From a virus (Duplodnaviria; Caudoviricetes), in the IMG/VR virus record IMGVR_UViG_3300035157_001069, positions 2,062-66,061 of that record: a stretch of DNA of 64,000 nucleotides. The stretch is one strand, 5' to 3'. Below are positions 1 to 9,113 of the stretch, piece after piece. The translations under genes and the position numbers were made by a program. The notes below the pieces were generated by a model that ran no database searches, was not told the DNA's origin, and saw only the letters and a program-made list of their open reading frames with translations. The first letter of the stretch is position 1; every line of letters begins with the position of its first letter.

Positions 1-2
1 CT

Positions 3-749
3 ACCCCCGAATTCGAACCTTTTCGAGTTACGAAAATATCGGCAACGGAAACACCTCAACGTGTGATTTACTCTGCCTTATATAGCGAGACAAACGATCA
101 TTTTTTAGAAGATGTCGAGACCGATCAAAACTATTTTGACGACAGAACATCAGGTTCATTAGTCGTACAACATTACAGAAGTCTTAGCCAAAGAGACCCA
201 GGTTGGGGCGACTATAGTTGCTTGGATCATGCTTATTTAACCTTGCAAATCAAGGCAGATCATCTCACGCTGTCTCAATTAACGAAAGAAAATGATTTCA
301 GAATCAACCTGCAATCTTTAAGTAGTGCTGGTGACTCTATTCGTAAATCGAAAGATAAAAAAGAACCATTAGAAAGTATTTTCTATTCCAGAAGAGAAGG
401 TAACTACCCTGATCATCATGGTCATAGACAGCCTTGGAGCAGTGCTGATAGAGAAAATCATTTAGCTATATCTAATTCTGCTGCTATGGATTATGACCAT
501 CAACGAAGCAGAGGTATATCAGAAACAATGGCTCAGCAGTTTTTGACAGTCAACATCATGCAAAGGGCTACCATGACTGGTAGTCTACGTTCGTGGCTCA
601 ATCTACTTGATTACAACTCCAGACTTTGCCATCCTTATGAGATGAGAAACGTGATGGGGTTAATTCAAAAGCATGTCCACGACTGGTCTCCTGATATCTA
701 TCAGTGGTGGTCTAACACATTCCGTTGCAGGTTAGAAGTAGCACTATGA
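3..749 (+). CDS. Divergent ThyX-like (flavin-dependent thymidylate synthase fold) protein; true start lies upstream of the window
   Basis: The frame is open from position 3 (FRVTKISATETPQRVIYSAL, like the cyanobacterial ThyX N-terminus). It also has DHAYLTL, LQS and SLRSWLNLLD, but the RHR and SxRY motifs are missing. Confidence 0.6.
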   Translation, partial: TPEFEPFRVTKISATETPQRVIYSALYSETNDHFLEDVETDQNYFDDRTSGSLVVQHYRSLSQRDPGWGDYSCLDHAYLTLQIKADHLTLSQLTKENDFRINLQSLSSAGDSIRKSKDKKEPLESIFYSRREGNYPDHHGHRQPWSSADRENHLAISNSAAMDYDHQRSRGISETMAQQFLTVNIMQRATMTGSLRSWLNLLDYNSRLCHPYEMRNVMGLIQKHVHDWSPDIYQWWSNTFRCRLEVAL

Positions 750-979
750 AGCCAACAGATGAACAAGCGATGCAGTTGCTGATGGAGTCTCATTCTGCAT
801 TAGCAGATTTGGTAGACGTAATTGAAAACGATGAAACGTTGACTACTGTGGTCACCGCTATAAAATCAGCAGAGGAGCGTTTTGATTTGCTCTTAGTAGA
901 TTTTCAGAGGCATTTCCTGCATGGCGCGACCCAAACCAGTGGAACTTTTAACGAAGTTCTTCCCAGAATTAATAGATAA
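746..979 (+). CDS. Hypothetical protein
   Basis: ORF coupled to the upstream gene; ATG at 746 (MKPTDEQ). Confidence 0.55.
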   Translation: MKPTDEQAMQLLMESHSALADLVDVIENDETLTTVVTAIKSAEERFDLLLVDFQRHFLHGATQTSGTFNEVLPRINR

Positions 980-1367
980 AACAGTTTCTGCTTCTAACAA
1001 AGAAGCATCTAAGGAGTTAGACGTAAGAATTTGCGAAGCGATTATGTCTGATATGATCAGGCATTTTGATACTATTAGAGGTTATTTAGGAGACGGAGCA
1101 ATCATATTAAATCTCCTGTCGGAGCATGTTCAAGAAAGGCAGAACTACGTTAATAAATTCATGATGGAGCAAGATCTCAAAGATGCGGAAGAAAATAAAG
1201 ACACCACAGTTATTGAATTCTGCAAAGATGCCTTGAAGACTTTTGATACAACAGATTTTAAAAAAGAGATTTGCTTTATTTTGATAGATAAATCGGGAGG
1301 ATCAATTTTAAAATTACCTCGAGAAAATCCTGCTAAACGTATAGAAGAGATGATGAGTGAGCTTTAA
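921..1367 (+). CDS. Hypothetical protein
   Basis: 148-aa ORF in the same operon. Confidence 0.7.
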   Translation: MARPKPVELLTKFFPELIDKTVSASNKEASKELDVRICEAIMSDMIRHFDTIRGYLGDGAIILNLLSEHVQERQNYVNKFMMEQDLKDAEENKDTTVIEFCKDALKTFDTTDFKKEICFILIDKSGGSILKLPRENPAKRIEEMMSEL

Positions 1368-1984
1368 TGTCAGTAGCAAAATGTGATCTAGCCCCACCAA
1401 AGGACGTCACTCTTGGGGCGAAATCAGTGATGGGGGCTATTGACTTTGATCCTTATTCCACCAACCAAATTAATACCTTAGTCGAAGCTGCTCGATTTTA
1501 TGATAGAGACTTGTATACGCTAGAAGATATTGTCAGTAAAGAATGGGATGCTCCTTTGCAGAAACGTGCTTTCATAGGAGCACCAGCTGGCGCAGTATTG
1601 ACACGTCGATTGTTAAATAAAACACTTAAAGAATATAGAAAAGGCAATATCAATCAAGCTATTCTTTGGCTCGCCCACAATGAATCATTGATTAGGTCTC
1701 CTTGGATTTGGGATTTTCCTGTCTGCATACCTTTCAAGCGCTTAAGGCCTTGTTGGTACGACGATGAATTAGATGTTTACAGAACCGTTGCACCTGCCGA
1801 TTGGTCTGCAATTGTTTTCTTACCTCCTCCTTCCCCTCCTGCATTATTCCATTCAGCCGTTTCTAGATTCAATAATGTCTTTAATCCTGTTGGACGTATT
1901 GTATTTAACGAATACAGTGGTGATAGTGACTGGGAAAAATCCTACAAAGTCGCTAACAAGAAATCATATAACTATCATTCATGA
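1367..1984 (+). CDS. Phage DNA adenine methyltransferase-like protein with degenerate catalytic motif
   Basis: VMGAIDFDPYS..IN..V.A..FY resembles the IDLDPAS motif of phage Dam-like methyltransferases; the NPPY position reads GAPA. Confidence 0.55.
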   Translation: MSVAKCDLAPPKDVTLGAKSVMGAIDFDPYSTNQINTLVEAARFYDRDLYTLEDIVSKEWDAPLQKRAFIGAPAGAVLTRRLLNKTLKEYRKGNINQAILWLAHNESLIRSPWIWDFPVCIPFKRLRPCWYDDELDVYRTVAPADWSAIVFLPPPSPPALFHSAVSRFNNVFNPVGRIVFNEYSGDSDWEKSYKVANKKSYNYHS

Positions 1985-2421
1985 GTCAAATAGATAATCA
2001 GATCCTGGATAATCCTCCTGATTCTTTTATAGCTCCTGATGGTAATAAATATTTAACGATTAGATCCATTGTCTATGATTCTTGGATCACATGGCAAGAT
2101 GCACTGCCTTTCGATAAAGATTCTAGATCGAAACTCACTCAAGAAATTTACAATAATATTGTCGAATTAGCAGGTCGTATTCACAAGCTTCATCAATCAT
2201 TGCCAAATTACAAGCAAACGATTGACCCTCCTTTTGAATTTGTTTTATGGTGGGACCCCGAAGATATTGATCCTCTATGGAGCCATGGAAAATCTTGTCG
2301 ATTTATGATTGATAATTTTTCTGCTCAAGACGTACAGCACTACAACTCGGTTCGAAGAGGCAATAAGCTCATTGTCAAACCATTAACCAAAAGATTAGTA
2401 GAAGTTCGATGTGCTAACTAG
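1981..2421 (+). CDS. Hypothetical protein with weak similarity to the peptidase M15A fold
   Basis: NIVELAGRIHK..FVLWW..HGKSCRF echoes the M15A layout but lacks the Zn ligands. Confidence 0.4.
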   Translation: MSQIDNQILDNPPDSFIAPDGNKYLTIRSIVYDSWITWQDALPFDKDSRSKLTQEIYNNIVELAGRIHKLHQSLPNYKQTIDPPFEFVLWWDPEDIDPLWSHGKSCRFMIDNFSAQDVQHYNSVRRGNKLIVKPLTKRLVEVRCAN

Positions 2422-2702
2422 GTTCCTAGATCTTCATATATTTTTTTCTTTCCTTCCCATATTTCCCTGCCTGCGCTAAATGGTTTAACCTCTTGGTCAA
2501 ATATTTGACGCCTAGCTCCTTGCTCAGAAGCTCGTTGATTCATAACATTGATACCAGTACTTCCTGTGAGGCTCTTTCTTCCTCCCGTACTTCCACCATA
2601 TGATTGACTATCGTGATTCATTTTTCTAGCTTTCGCTAAGAATTTCTGAACCAAAGGTGAAAGTTTATTTCTGTACGCAGCTGCTGGATCTCCTTTTAAC
2701 AC
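2418..2702 (-). CDS. Hypothetical protein
   Basis: 94-aa ORF filling the gap between neighbours. Confidence 0.55.
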   Translation of the reverse strand: MLKGDPAAAYRNKLSPLVQKFLAKARKMNHDSQSYGGSTGGRKSLTGSTGINVMNQRASEQGARRQIFDQEVKPFSAGREIWEGKKKIYEDLGT

Positions 2703-2741
2703 TAGATGTAAAAGCTTGCTTCATTTACTATCCTAGGCACA

Positions 2742-3074
2742 ATGGATTTATATATGGAAAAGACTCGCTTTGATCTCATCCCTTGGCAAGCTGTTGGAGA
2801 CATCGCTGACGTTCTCGGTTACGGCGCTCGAAAGTATAGCTCTAATAATTGGTGTAGGGGAACTGAGTGGGGGCGTTACTTTGCCGCACTCTGCAGACAT
2901 CTCTTTGCCTGGTGGAGAGGAGAGAATAATGACCCCGAAACAGGCTACTCCCACCTCGCCCATGCCGGATGCTGCCTCCTCTTCCTCATGGAATACCAAA
3001 GAAATGGATGGGGAACCGACGACAGGTTTACTGGTCCCGATGAAGAAGTCTTCACAAAGGGAGATGGCAGGTGA
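2742..3074 (+). CDS. dATP/dGTP diphosphohydrolase domain protein (DUF5664)
   Basis: KTRFDLIP..VLGYGARKY..NNW..G..AALCRHL.AW..GE..DPETG.SHLAHA signature. Confidence 0.85.
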   Translation: MDLYMEKTRFDLIPWQAVGDIADVLGYGARKYSSNNWCRGTEWGRYFAALCRHLFAWWRGENNDPETGYSHLAHAGCCLLFLMEYQRNGWGTDDRFTGPDEEVFTKGDGR

Positions 3075-3153
3075 CAGTTAATACGTTTCTATTAGTCTTA
3101 TTAGTGATTGCTGCTTATATCAATTTATACATCCAACTCAAGAAGGTACGTCG

Positions 3154-4326
3154 ATGACTAAAGTTACAATCGTAGGTGCAGGTAATGCAGGATGTTTTAC
3201 TGCCCTTGAATACTCATGGCTAGCCAAGATTGACAAATGGGTAACACTAGGTAGGGGTGTAGATGAGATTGAATTAATATACGATCCAGATAGTGCCTCT
3301 GAAAAAGTAGGTCAAGCTACTTTTCCTCCCCAGCCTCAGTTACTTTGGAGCGCTTTAGAAAAAGAATTTAATTATTATTCCAATAAAATTAATGCCACCC
3401 CAAAGTTAGGTATCTTGTATCAAAATTGGGGTAAAACTAATAAGGACGTCTTTCATCCTTTTCCTGGTAATCATATTGCTGTGCATTTTTGCCCGTGGGA
3501 GATGCAGTCATTTGTCCTGAACTCTAACGCCTTCGAAGTTAAAAGACAAAAAGTAGATGATATATCCAATATTGATTCAGATTATATTGTTGACTGTAGA
3601 GGAAAACCATCTGACTTTGAAGACTATGATCAGTTAGTCAATCCTATTAATGCTGTTGTCTTAGGGAAGCCAAACGAACCTAATACAGATCCTTTTACAA
3701 AACATATTGCAACAGAAGATGGGTGGACTTTTGTTATTCCTACCGATAAAACTTCTCCCTCGTACAGCAGATCTGTTGGCTATTTATATAACAAAGATAT
3801 AACCTCGCGGGAAGATGCTGAAAAGAATTTCACCAAAAATTTTGACGTCACAGTAACTGACAATTTGACGTTTAATAGTTACGTAGCCAAGAATCCTGTT
3901 ATAGATAACCGTATTATTTTGAATGGTAATAGGTTGTTTTTCTTGGAACCTATGGAGTCGACTTCTATATCTACATACCAAACTTGGGCAAAACTATCGT
4001 ATCAGTTTGTTGGTAATAAAGGATGGGCTCCTCACCATGCAGTGATTGATATTAAAAGACATATTCAACAGGTACAGAATTTTATTTTATGGCACTATAA
4101 ATTTGGATCCCAATACGACACTCCGTTTTGGAAATACGCAGAAGGATTAACTTTGGCTGATCCAGAGTTTACAGATGCGTTGCACTTCGCAAAGAATCAA
4201 ACTTTAGAAACTATCAAGATTGCAGAGGCTGCTTATCCTAGCACTTATAAGTATGGTCCTTGGTCTATATCTAGCTTTAAGTATTGGTTGAAAGGAATGA
4301 ATGAAAAATTATATCAAAGGCATTAA
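3154..4326 (+). CDS. Tryptophan halogenase-like flavoprotein
   Basis: IVGAGNAG Rossmann motif, DCRG, GWTFVIP, GYLY and GN..FFLEPMESTSI. Confidence 0.85.
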   Translation: MTKVTIVGAGNAGCFTALEYSWLAKIDKWVTLGRGVDEIELIYDPDSASEKVGQATFPPQPQLLWSALEKEFNYYSNKINATPKLGILYQNWGKTNKDVFHPFPGNHIAVHFCPWEMQSFVLNSNAFEVKRQKVDDISNIDSDYIVDCRGKPSDFEDYDQLVNPINAVVLGKPNEPNTDPFTKHIATEDGWTFVIPTDKTSPSYSRSVGYLYNKDITSREDAEKNFTKNFDVTVTDNLTFNSYVAKNPVIDNRIILNGNRLFFLEPMESTSISTYQTWAKLSYQFVGNKGWAPHHAVIDIKRHIQQVQNFILWHYKFGSQYDTPFWKYAEGLTLADPEFTDALHFAKNQTLETIKIAEAAYPSTYKYGPWSISSFKYWLKGMNEKLYQRH

Positions 4327-4983
4327 ATCAAAATCTTTGTAATCAGAAATATCTATATTTTCACGTTCAAAATATTCCATATTATATACTTCGAAACCGA
4401 TACTAATTGATTCGTCGGCCATTTCATTTTTCTCGTATTGATGTTTCTTTAGGTAATGAACATTCTGTGCATCGGTTACTAACAGTAATCCTGTCTTATT
4501 CTCTATTTCTTCATTTAAGTCAGGGAATACAGTAACAGATTGTCCTGGCTCGACCCATAAAGATCCAGCGTAACTACCTTTATGTCTATGTAAATTTGTT
4601 TCTGTATTACATATATTTAACCAATACTTAATCCAATATCGACTTTTGTTCTTTTGATTATCTAAATCAGGATTAGGCTGTCGGGTAAGCACAGGTTCTT
4701 GTGTATCAGGATCTAAGATTGTTTCCCCTTGATCATCTTTAGTGGTTAGCATTGTTGTACGATAAATATACTTAAAACCAATTAACGGTCTTAATATAAA
4801 ATCTAACTCTCTATATAAATCATATAAAACAGTACTATGACTAGATTTCAGAAAAGGGTTCCCTGTTTGAATTTCTCGAAGTTCTTGTTTGATAATATCT
4901 AAATTTTTAGGAACATCTTCAATATGTTTCTGAACAAGATTACCCCATATTTGAGGTGCTTTTTTTCTTAAACGTAATTTCAT
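4309..4983 (-). CDS. Putative 2OG-Fe(II) oxygenase-like protein
   Basis: WLN..HRH..H..SIGF double-stranded beta-helix pattern. Confidence 0.5.
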   Translation of the reverse strand: MKLRLRKKAPQIWGNLVQKHIEDVPKNLDIIKQELREIQTGNPFLKSSHSTVLYDLYRELDFILRPLIGFKYIYRTTMLTTKDDQGETILDPDTQEPVLTRQPNPDLDNQKNKSRYWIKYWLNICNTETNLHRHKGSYAGSLWVEPGQSVTVFPDLNEEIENKTGLLLVTDAQNVHYLKKHQYEKNEMADESISIGFEVYNMEYFERENIDISDYKDFDLMPLI

Positions 4984-5636
4984 GTGACTGGTTGTAAATT
5001 AAAATTTAAAGTGACACGAATCTCATCCTCTGCAGATGAGCTTGCGTGGATTGTATAACCATCAAATAATACTAATTTACCTTTCTCAGACTTCTCGCGA
5101 TGAATTTCCTCTAAATGATCCATCGTTAACTTATTAGTCTGGAATAATAAATACAACTGATATCCATCTTCAATTTCTTTTTTAAACTCTTCTTTGCATT
5201 GATCTTTGATCTTAAAGAAAACAGTATCAGCCTCGCAATCATTAACAAAATATAATCCTGTTTTGTTGTATTCCCCGAAATCTATATGAGGACGATGAGG
5301 AATTTTACCTGCTCCTTGTCTATTGGGATACATCCAAAATTGTAATCTTCTTATATTAAAACTCTGGTCTCTATATTGATCTAAATGCTTTGTAATTGCA
5401 TTAAAATTCATCCTATCTAAAAGACCAGCTAAATTGCTAATTATCTTGGTTGGCATGCCATCTTTAATAATACAAGCATTAAAACCTGGTATCCTTGTAC
5501 TTATTTGATCTTTTTTATAACCAACAGGAAAGGTTACATCTGGTTGGTATGTCCAATAAATTTCGTCATTAAAAACAAACGCTTCGATTTTGTCAGCGTC
5601 TTCCTGTTCTAACCAATAAGTTTCATATCCATCCAT
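4980..5636 (-). CDS. 2OG-Fe(II) oxygenase
   Basis: PHID..LYFVND..LVLFDG..HAS..RVTLNFN. Confidence 0.8.
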   Translation of the reverse strand: MDGYETYWLEQEDADKIEAFVFNDEIYWTYQPDVTFPVGYKKDQISTRIPGFNACIIKDGMPTKIISNLAGLLDRMNFNAITKHLDQYRDQSFNIRRLQFWMYPNRQGAGKIPHRPHIDFGEYNKTGLYFVNDCEADTVFFKIKDQCKEEFKKEIEDGYQLYLLFQTNKLTMDHLEEIHREKSEKGKLVLFDGYTIHASSSAEDEIRVTLNFNLQPVT

Positions 5637-5641
5637 TGCCT

Positions 5642-6049
5642 TTAAATATTAAATTTCTTTAGCAATTCATTTAATTCTTTCATCTTCTCTTCATTTGCCT
5701 TAGCTGCAGCCATCGTTGCAGGATCAGGACCTGCATTTGGAGCTTGAGGAGGAGCCGACACTATAGGAGAGGAAGAAGGCATAGGAGAAGGTCTAGAAGC
5801 CTTTAATCCAATAGCATTCATTTCCTCTTGTACTGCTTGCATAACTAATGGAGGAACCTTGCTAATTGCTTGAGAAACTTCATCTCGCGGAATTAAAGTA
5901 GGTATTACTCGTTCTATCGCAGCAACTCTGTTGTCTATTTGAGCCGATACATCATCACCAGAGGGTTTTCCTTTTTTAACCTGAAAACCAACGATCTGAG
6001 ATAATGTAATACCAACTAATGCTCCTGAGACTGCTATTAATGCTTCCAT
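5642..6049 (-). CDS. Membrane-anchored hypothetical protein
   Basis: N-terminal hydrophobic helix and Pro-rich linker. Confidence 0.65.
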   Translation of the reverse strand: MEALIAVSGALVGITLSQIVGFQVKKGKPSGDDVSAQIDNRVAAIERVIPTLIPRDEVSQAISKVPPLVMQAVQEEMNAIGLKASRPSPMPSSSPIVSAPPQAPNAGPDPATMAAAKANEEKMKELNELLKKFNI

Positions 6050-6084
6050 TGAGTAAGACTTGAATCAGTCATAGTGTATACACA

Positions 6085-6432
6085 TTATTCCTCAGGTTCA
6101 AGGACAATGGCATCCATGTCTAATTCCATATGTACATTTTCCTGTATCTGTTCTAAATAATCCTCTGCATCTTCCCATGTAGGAGCATGTCCATGAAAAT
6201 CTTCGAATTCTTCTACAGCAGTTGCAGGCATAACCGCAATTCCCTCGTTGAATTGAAATGAAAAGCCTGCTTCTTTAGCGCTAGCAATGAAGGACTGCTT
6301 CTGCCGAAATCGAGCCTCCCAGCAATCGAGTAATGCCTGATGCAACTCGTCGCGACTTAGACTCTGAATCTCTAAAGCAATTCGATGAAGCATAAATTGT
6401 TGTTCTGCTGTCAATCCTCGACTTTTGGTCAT
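6085..6432 (-). CDS. nblA: NblA-like phycobilisome degradation adaptor with acidic C-terminal extension
   Basis: LTAEQQF..R....IQSLSRDEL..L.....  matches the NblA helix-loop-helix LSLEQQF..QVQ.MS.EQ pattern. Confidence 0.65.
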   Translation of the reverse strand: MTKSRGLTAEQQFMLHRIALEIQSLSRDELHQALLDCWEARFRQKQSFIASAKEAGFSFQFNEGIAVMPATAVEEFEDFHGHAPTWEDAEDYLEQIQENVHMELDMDAIVLEPEE

Positions 6433-6796
6433 TTAAAGTTCCTCCGATTTTGCTCCATAAATCCCATTCCTCAGGTATTTGAGGTCTGATCCAGATTTCA
6501 ATCCTGGTCGCTTTCTTAGCGCAAAAGAAATCTTGGTTCTTATACCATTCACGCCAATTAGATGATCCTTTGTTCGAATTACATCTAACACAAGCAGGTA
6601 CAAGGTTTGATCGCATACTACTGCCGCCTTGCGTTCTTGGCTTCACATGATCAATTGTGAGATGAACATGATGTTCACCACAGTAAGCACAACATCCCCA
6701 TTCGTCTTTAATCGACTGACGGAAACGTTTCCGCGCGGCTCGAGGTGATAGGTCTACAAGACCGAAAACGTAAGAGCCCCAGTGTTCTGGCGTCAA
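6281..6796 (-). CDS. HNH endonuclease
   Basis: CAYCG..LTIDHVKP..GG..NLVPACVRCN..K. Confidence 0.9.
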   Translation of the reverse strand: MTPEHWGSYVFGLVDLSPRAARKRFRQSIKDEWGCCAYCGEHHVHLTIDHVKPRTQGGSSMRSNLVPACVRCNSNKGSSNWREWYKNQDFFCAKKATRIEIWIRPQIPEEWDLWSKIGGTLNDQKSRIDSRTTIYASSNCFRDSESKSRRVASGITRLLGGSISAEAVLHC

Positions 6797-6896
6797 ATAA
6801 TGATTTCAGTTACATTAACTGTAAAATCAAACTATCAAATATTTTTGCTTTCACTACTTCAAACTCACTAAAATTAGAAGTGGCCCCTAAAAAACC

Positions 6897-7163
6897 ATGA
6901 AAAACCTACCAACTATTCTCGCTGCTGCAAGCTTGGTACTATCTGGGAGCCTTGTTGGTGGAACGATTGCAGGTTATTTTTACCTGAAATCACCAACGAC
7001 TCAAGAAAAAATTAAAAAGGCATTAATTGAACAAGTCGGACCTTTGGTCGAATCTCAAATCAAGGGTGCATTACCTGGTATCGGTGGCAGTCCTTCTGGT
7101 GGCTCTAGCAGTTTTTTATCTATTCCTAGTTCCACTGGGGGAGTTCTGCCAATTAATAAGTAA
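6897..7163 (+). CDS. Small membrane protein
   Basis: N-terminal transmembrane helix and Gly/Ser-rich tail. Confidence 0.7.
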   Translation: MKNLPTILAAASLVLSGSLVGGTIAGYFYLKSPTTQEKIKKALIEQVGPLVESQIKGALPGIGGSPSGGSSSFLSIPSSTGGVLPINK

Positions 7164-7168
7164 GATTA

Positions 7169-7969
7169 GTGGGTTCCATCCCTCGGATAGGAGTCAGGGA
7201 GATATACGTCCCAGACATACCGACATGGGCAATTGATTTACCTTTAAGTATTCCTCAAGCCCCGCCTGTCACTCTGCAAATAGGCTTTCCAACCGTAGAG
7301 ATGCCTGGCTGTGTTGAGGCTCGTGAGACGCAGGGCAATAATAAATTAATCGAAGACGATCCCCAAGGAACATTAACCCTATGTACAGGGCCAGGGATGC
7401 CTTCTTTTAATCCCCCAGAATTTGATCCAAGCAAAGAGCTAGTTGTCATTCCTATGGACAACACGCCGAATATCGGAGCAGTGAGTGGTCTCGGAGGAAA
7501 TACATCGGAGAAAAAGAATGAATCGACTACAGAGGGAGCGAATCAAAACTTTGATATTCCTGACCTCGATGTTAACGCTATTAAACCTATTAACATTGAT
7601 CTTCCCTGTCCTCGACCAGGAAGCCCCCCGCCGGGAGCATACGGTAAGTATGGTACGAAGATTGTAAAAGGCTACGAAAAGAACTCTGAAGGCGAATGTA
7701 TCACCTTGTATGAAGATATTGCCTTACTCAACGTTATTAACAACTACACGCCTCCTCCTCAGACAATTTTAAATACTACTTCGATAGCTGTAGGCGCAAC
7801 TCTAGGGGTGGCCCTAGTGGGCCAACCTCTTCAACAGTACTTAATGAAGATTGTGAAGCCTCTTGCGAAGAAAGTGACGAAGACTGTTCTAAAGAAGATT
7901 CTGAAGAAACCTGAGAAGATCCTGTCTGTTCGAGAGAGGATGACTGAGCAGCGGAAGAATCGAAAGTAA
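7169..7969 (+). CDS. Cyanophage-type membrane protein with Cys pairs, C-terminal transmembrane helix and basic tail
   Basis: PPVTLQIGFP.V.MPGCVEA..LTLC; hydrophobic segment followed by a Lys-rich end. Confidence 0.7.
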   Translation: MGSIPRIGVREIYVPDIPTWAIDLPLSIPQAPPVTLQIGFPTVEMPGCVEARETQGNNKLIEDDPQGTLTLCTGPGMPSFNPPEFDPSKELVVIPMDNTPNIGAVSGLGGNTSEKKNESTTEGANQNFDIPDLDVNAIKPINIDLPCPRPGSPPPGAYGKYGTKIVKGYEKNSEGECITLYEDIALLNVINNYTPPPQTILNTTSIAVGATLGVALVGQPLQQYLMKIVKPLAKKVTKTVLKKILKKPEKILSVRERMTEQRKNRK

Positions 7970-8789
7970 TAGGATCGATTGAATGACTGTGATTTAATAA
8001 CACGCCGGGAGGATTCGTTAAAAGAACATCCTCACAGATGACCTTGTATTTGCTGGTCGGATCCCATACTATGCCCTCCTTGGCTAGATTTCCGCAATGT
8101 TTAAGTCGTGAAATTTCGTAGTCTAAAACCCGTAAATTTAATGTCGCTTTTCTTAAGGCGATTTCAGTCGCAGCAGCATCCTTGCAAAGAGACATCATCT
8201 CCTTGTCCAATGGTCGACTCCATTGAGCCGTTACTCCCATATTCAAGGAGTAGTTATCCTTCTGCAAGGTCTGAACTGTTTTATACCACAAAATATCTCC
8301 AGGATTGTCTGGGGCTCCATCCCCATCAATATCTCGAACGTCGTATACCGGATCTTCGTAGGTTTCAAAGAAAGGTGTTTTAATATTGGCTGAACGACCT
8401 ATATAAGGAGATATAGTTAATGTTTCTGATTGACAAACGACACCATTAGTAAAACCTGACTGCATAAAATTTCCTGTCAACACTTGATATGCATTGACAT
8501 TTGCTTGACCGGAAGAATTGGCGACCGGATTAGAGGTAGCAGATATTCCTCCTACGTCACTTGCCTTGACGATAGGACAAAAAGGGAATAGCATTAAAAC
8601 GCTAAGAACCCTTGGTATCACTGAGAAAATACGGAAACCGATTCTATCGTTGTGTCCGTTTCTATGGTCCTCGTTATGGTCGTGCGATTCTGGAGTCCGG
8701 GTCCGGAGTAACTGGATTGAAATTGGAATGATCCCCCTGGATTTGTCAGAGTCCAATTTGGCTTGTTGTTCACGTCGAGACCTGTCCAT
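7776..8789 (-). CDS. Putative exported protein; true start probably near 8600-8630
   Basis: Signal-like segment before ASDVGGISATSNPVANSSG; conserved-looking Cys residues and DYEISRLKHCG. Confidence 0.65.
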   Translation of the reverse strand: MDRSRREQQAKLDSDKSRGIIPISIQLLRTRTPESHDHNEDHRNGHNDRIGFRIFSVIPRVLSVLMLFPFCPIVKASDVGGISATSNPVANSSGQANVNAYQVLTGNFMQSGFTNGVVCQSETLTISPYIGRSANIKTPFFETYEDPVYDVRDIDGDGAPDNPGDILWYKTVQTLQKDNYSLNMGVTAQWSRPLDKEMMSLCKDAAATEIALRKATLNLRVLDYEISRLKHCGNLAKEGIVWDPTSKYKVICEDVLLTNPPGVLLNHSHSIDPITFDSSAAQSSSLEQTGSSQVSSESSLEQSSSLSSQEASQSSLSTVEEVGPLGPPLELRLQLSK

Positions 8790-9106
8790 TTAGTCGTTAT
8801 TCCTGACGCAGCGGTTGTATTTGTATTGATTATGGCAGCTGGTTCAATAGATGCACCATCTAGATTGATCCCTGTACCGGACACAGTATATTGCCAGCCT
8901 GTAGCAAAATCTTCAGAGACTATCGACTCAGATATCACAGATCGCGATGTTGTCGTTTGGGTCAGCTGGCCGGACGAGAAATTCGGTACTACCGGAACCG
9001 CACCGACAGGTGTGACAAAGGCAACCGCCACAATTACGGCATACTTTAATTTCGATGTGACGCCAACAGTTAGGACAGCCAGTTTCTCGGATGCAAGAGT
9101 AGACAT
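8618..9106 (-). CDS. Putative exported beta-rich protein
   Basis: Hydrophobic signal, then VPVVPNF and a Thr/Ser-rich body. Confidence 0.7.
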   Translation of the reverse strand: MSTLASEKLAVLTVGVTSKLKYAVIVAVAFVTPVGAVPVVPNFSSGQLTQTTTSRSVISESIVSEDFATGWQYTVSGTGINLDGASIEPAAIINTNTTAASGITTKWTGLDVNNKPNWTLTNPGGSFQFQSSYSGPGLQNRTTITRTIETDTTIESVSVFSQ

Positions 9107-9113
9107 TTGACAT

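Noticed and set aside
1-30. tRNA T-loop-like sequence (GAATTCGAACC)
   Set aside because: No cloverleaf can be built, and the bases lie in the open ThyX-like reading frame.
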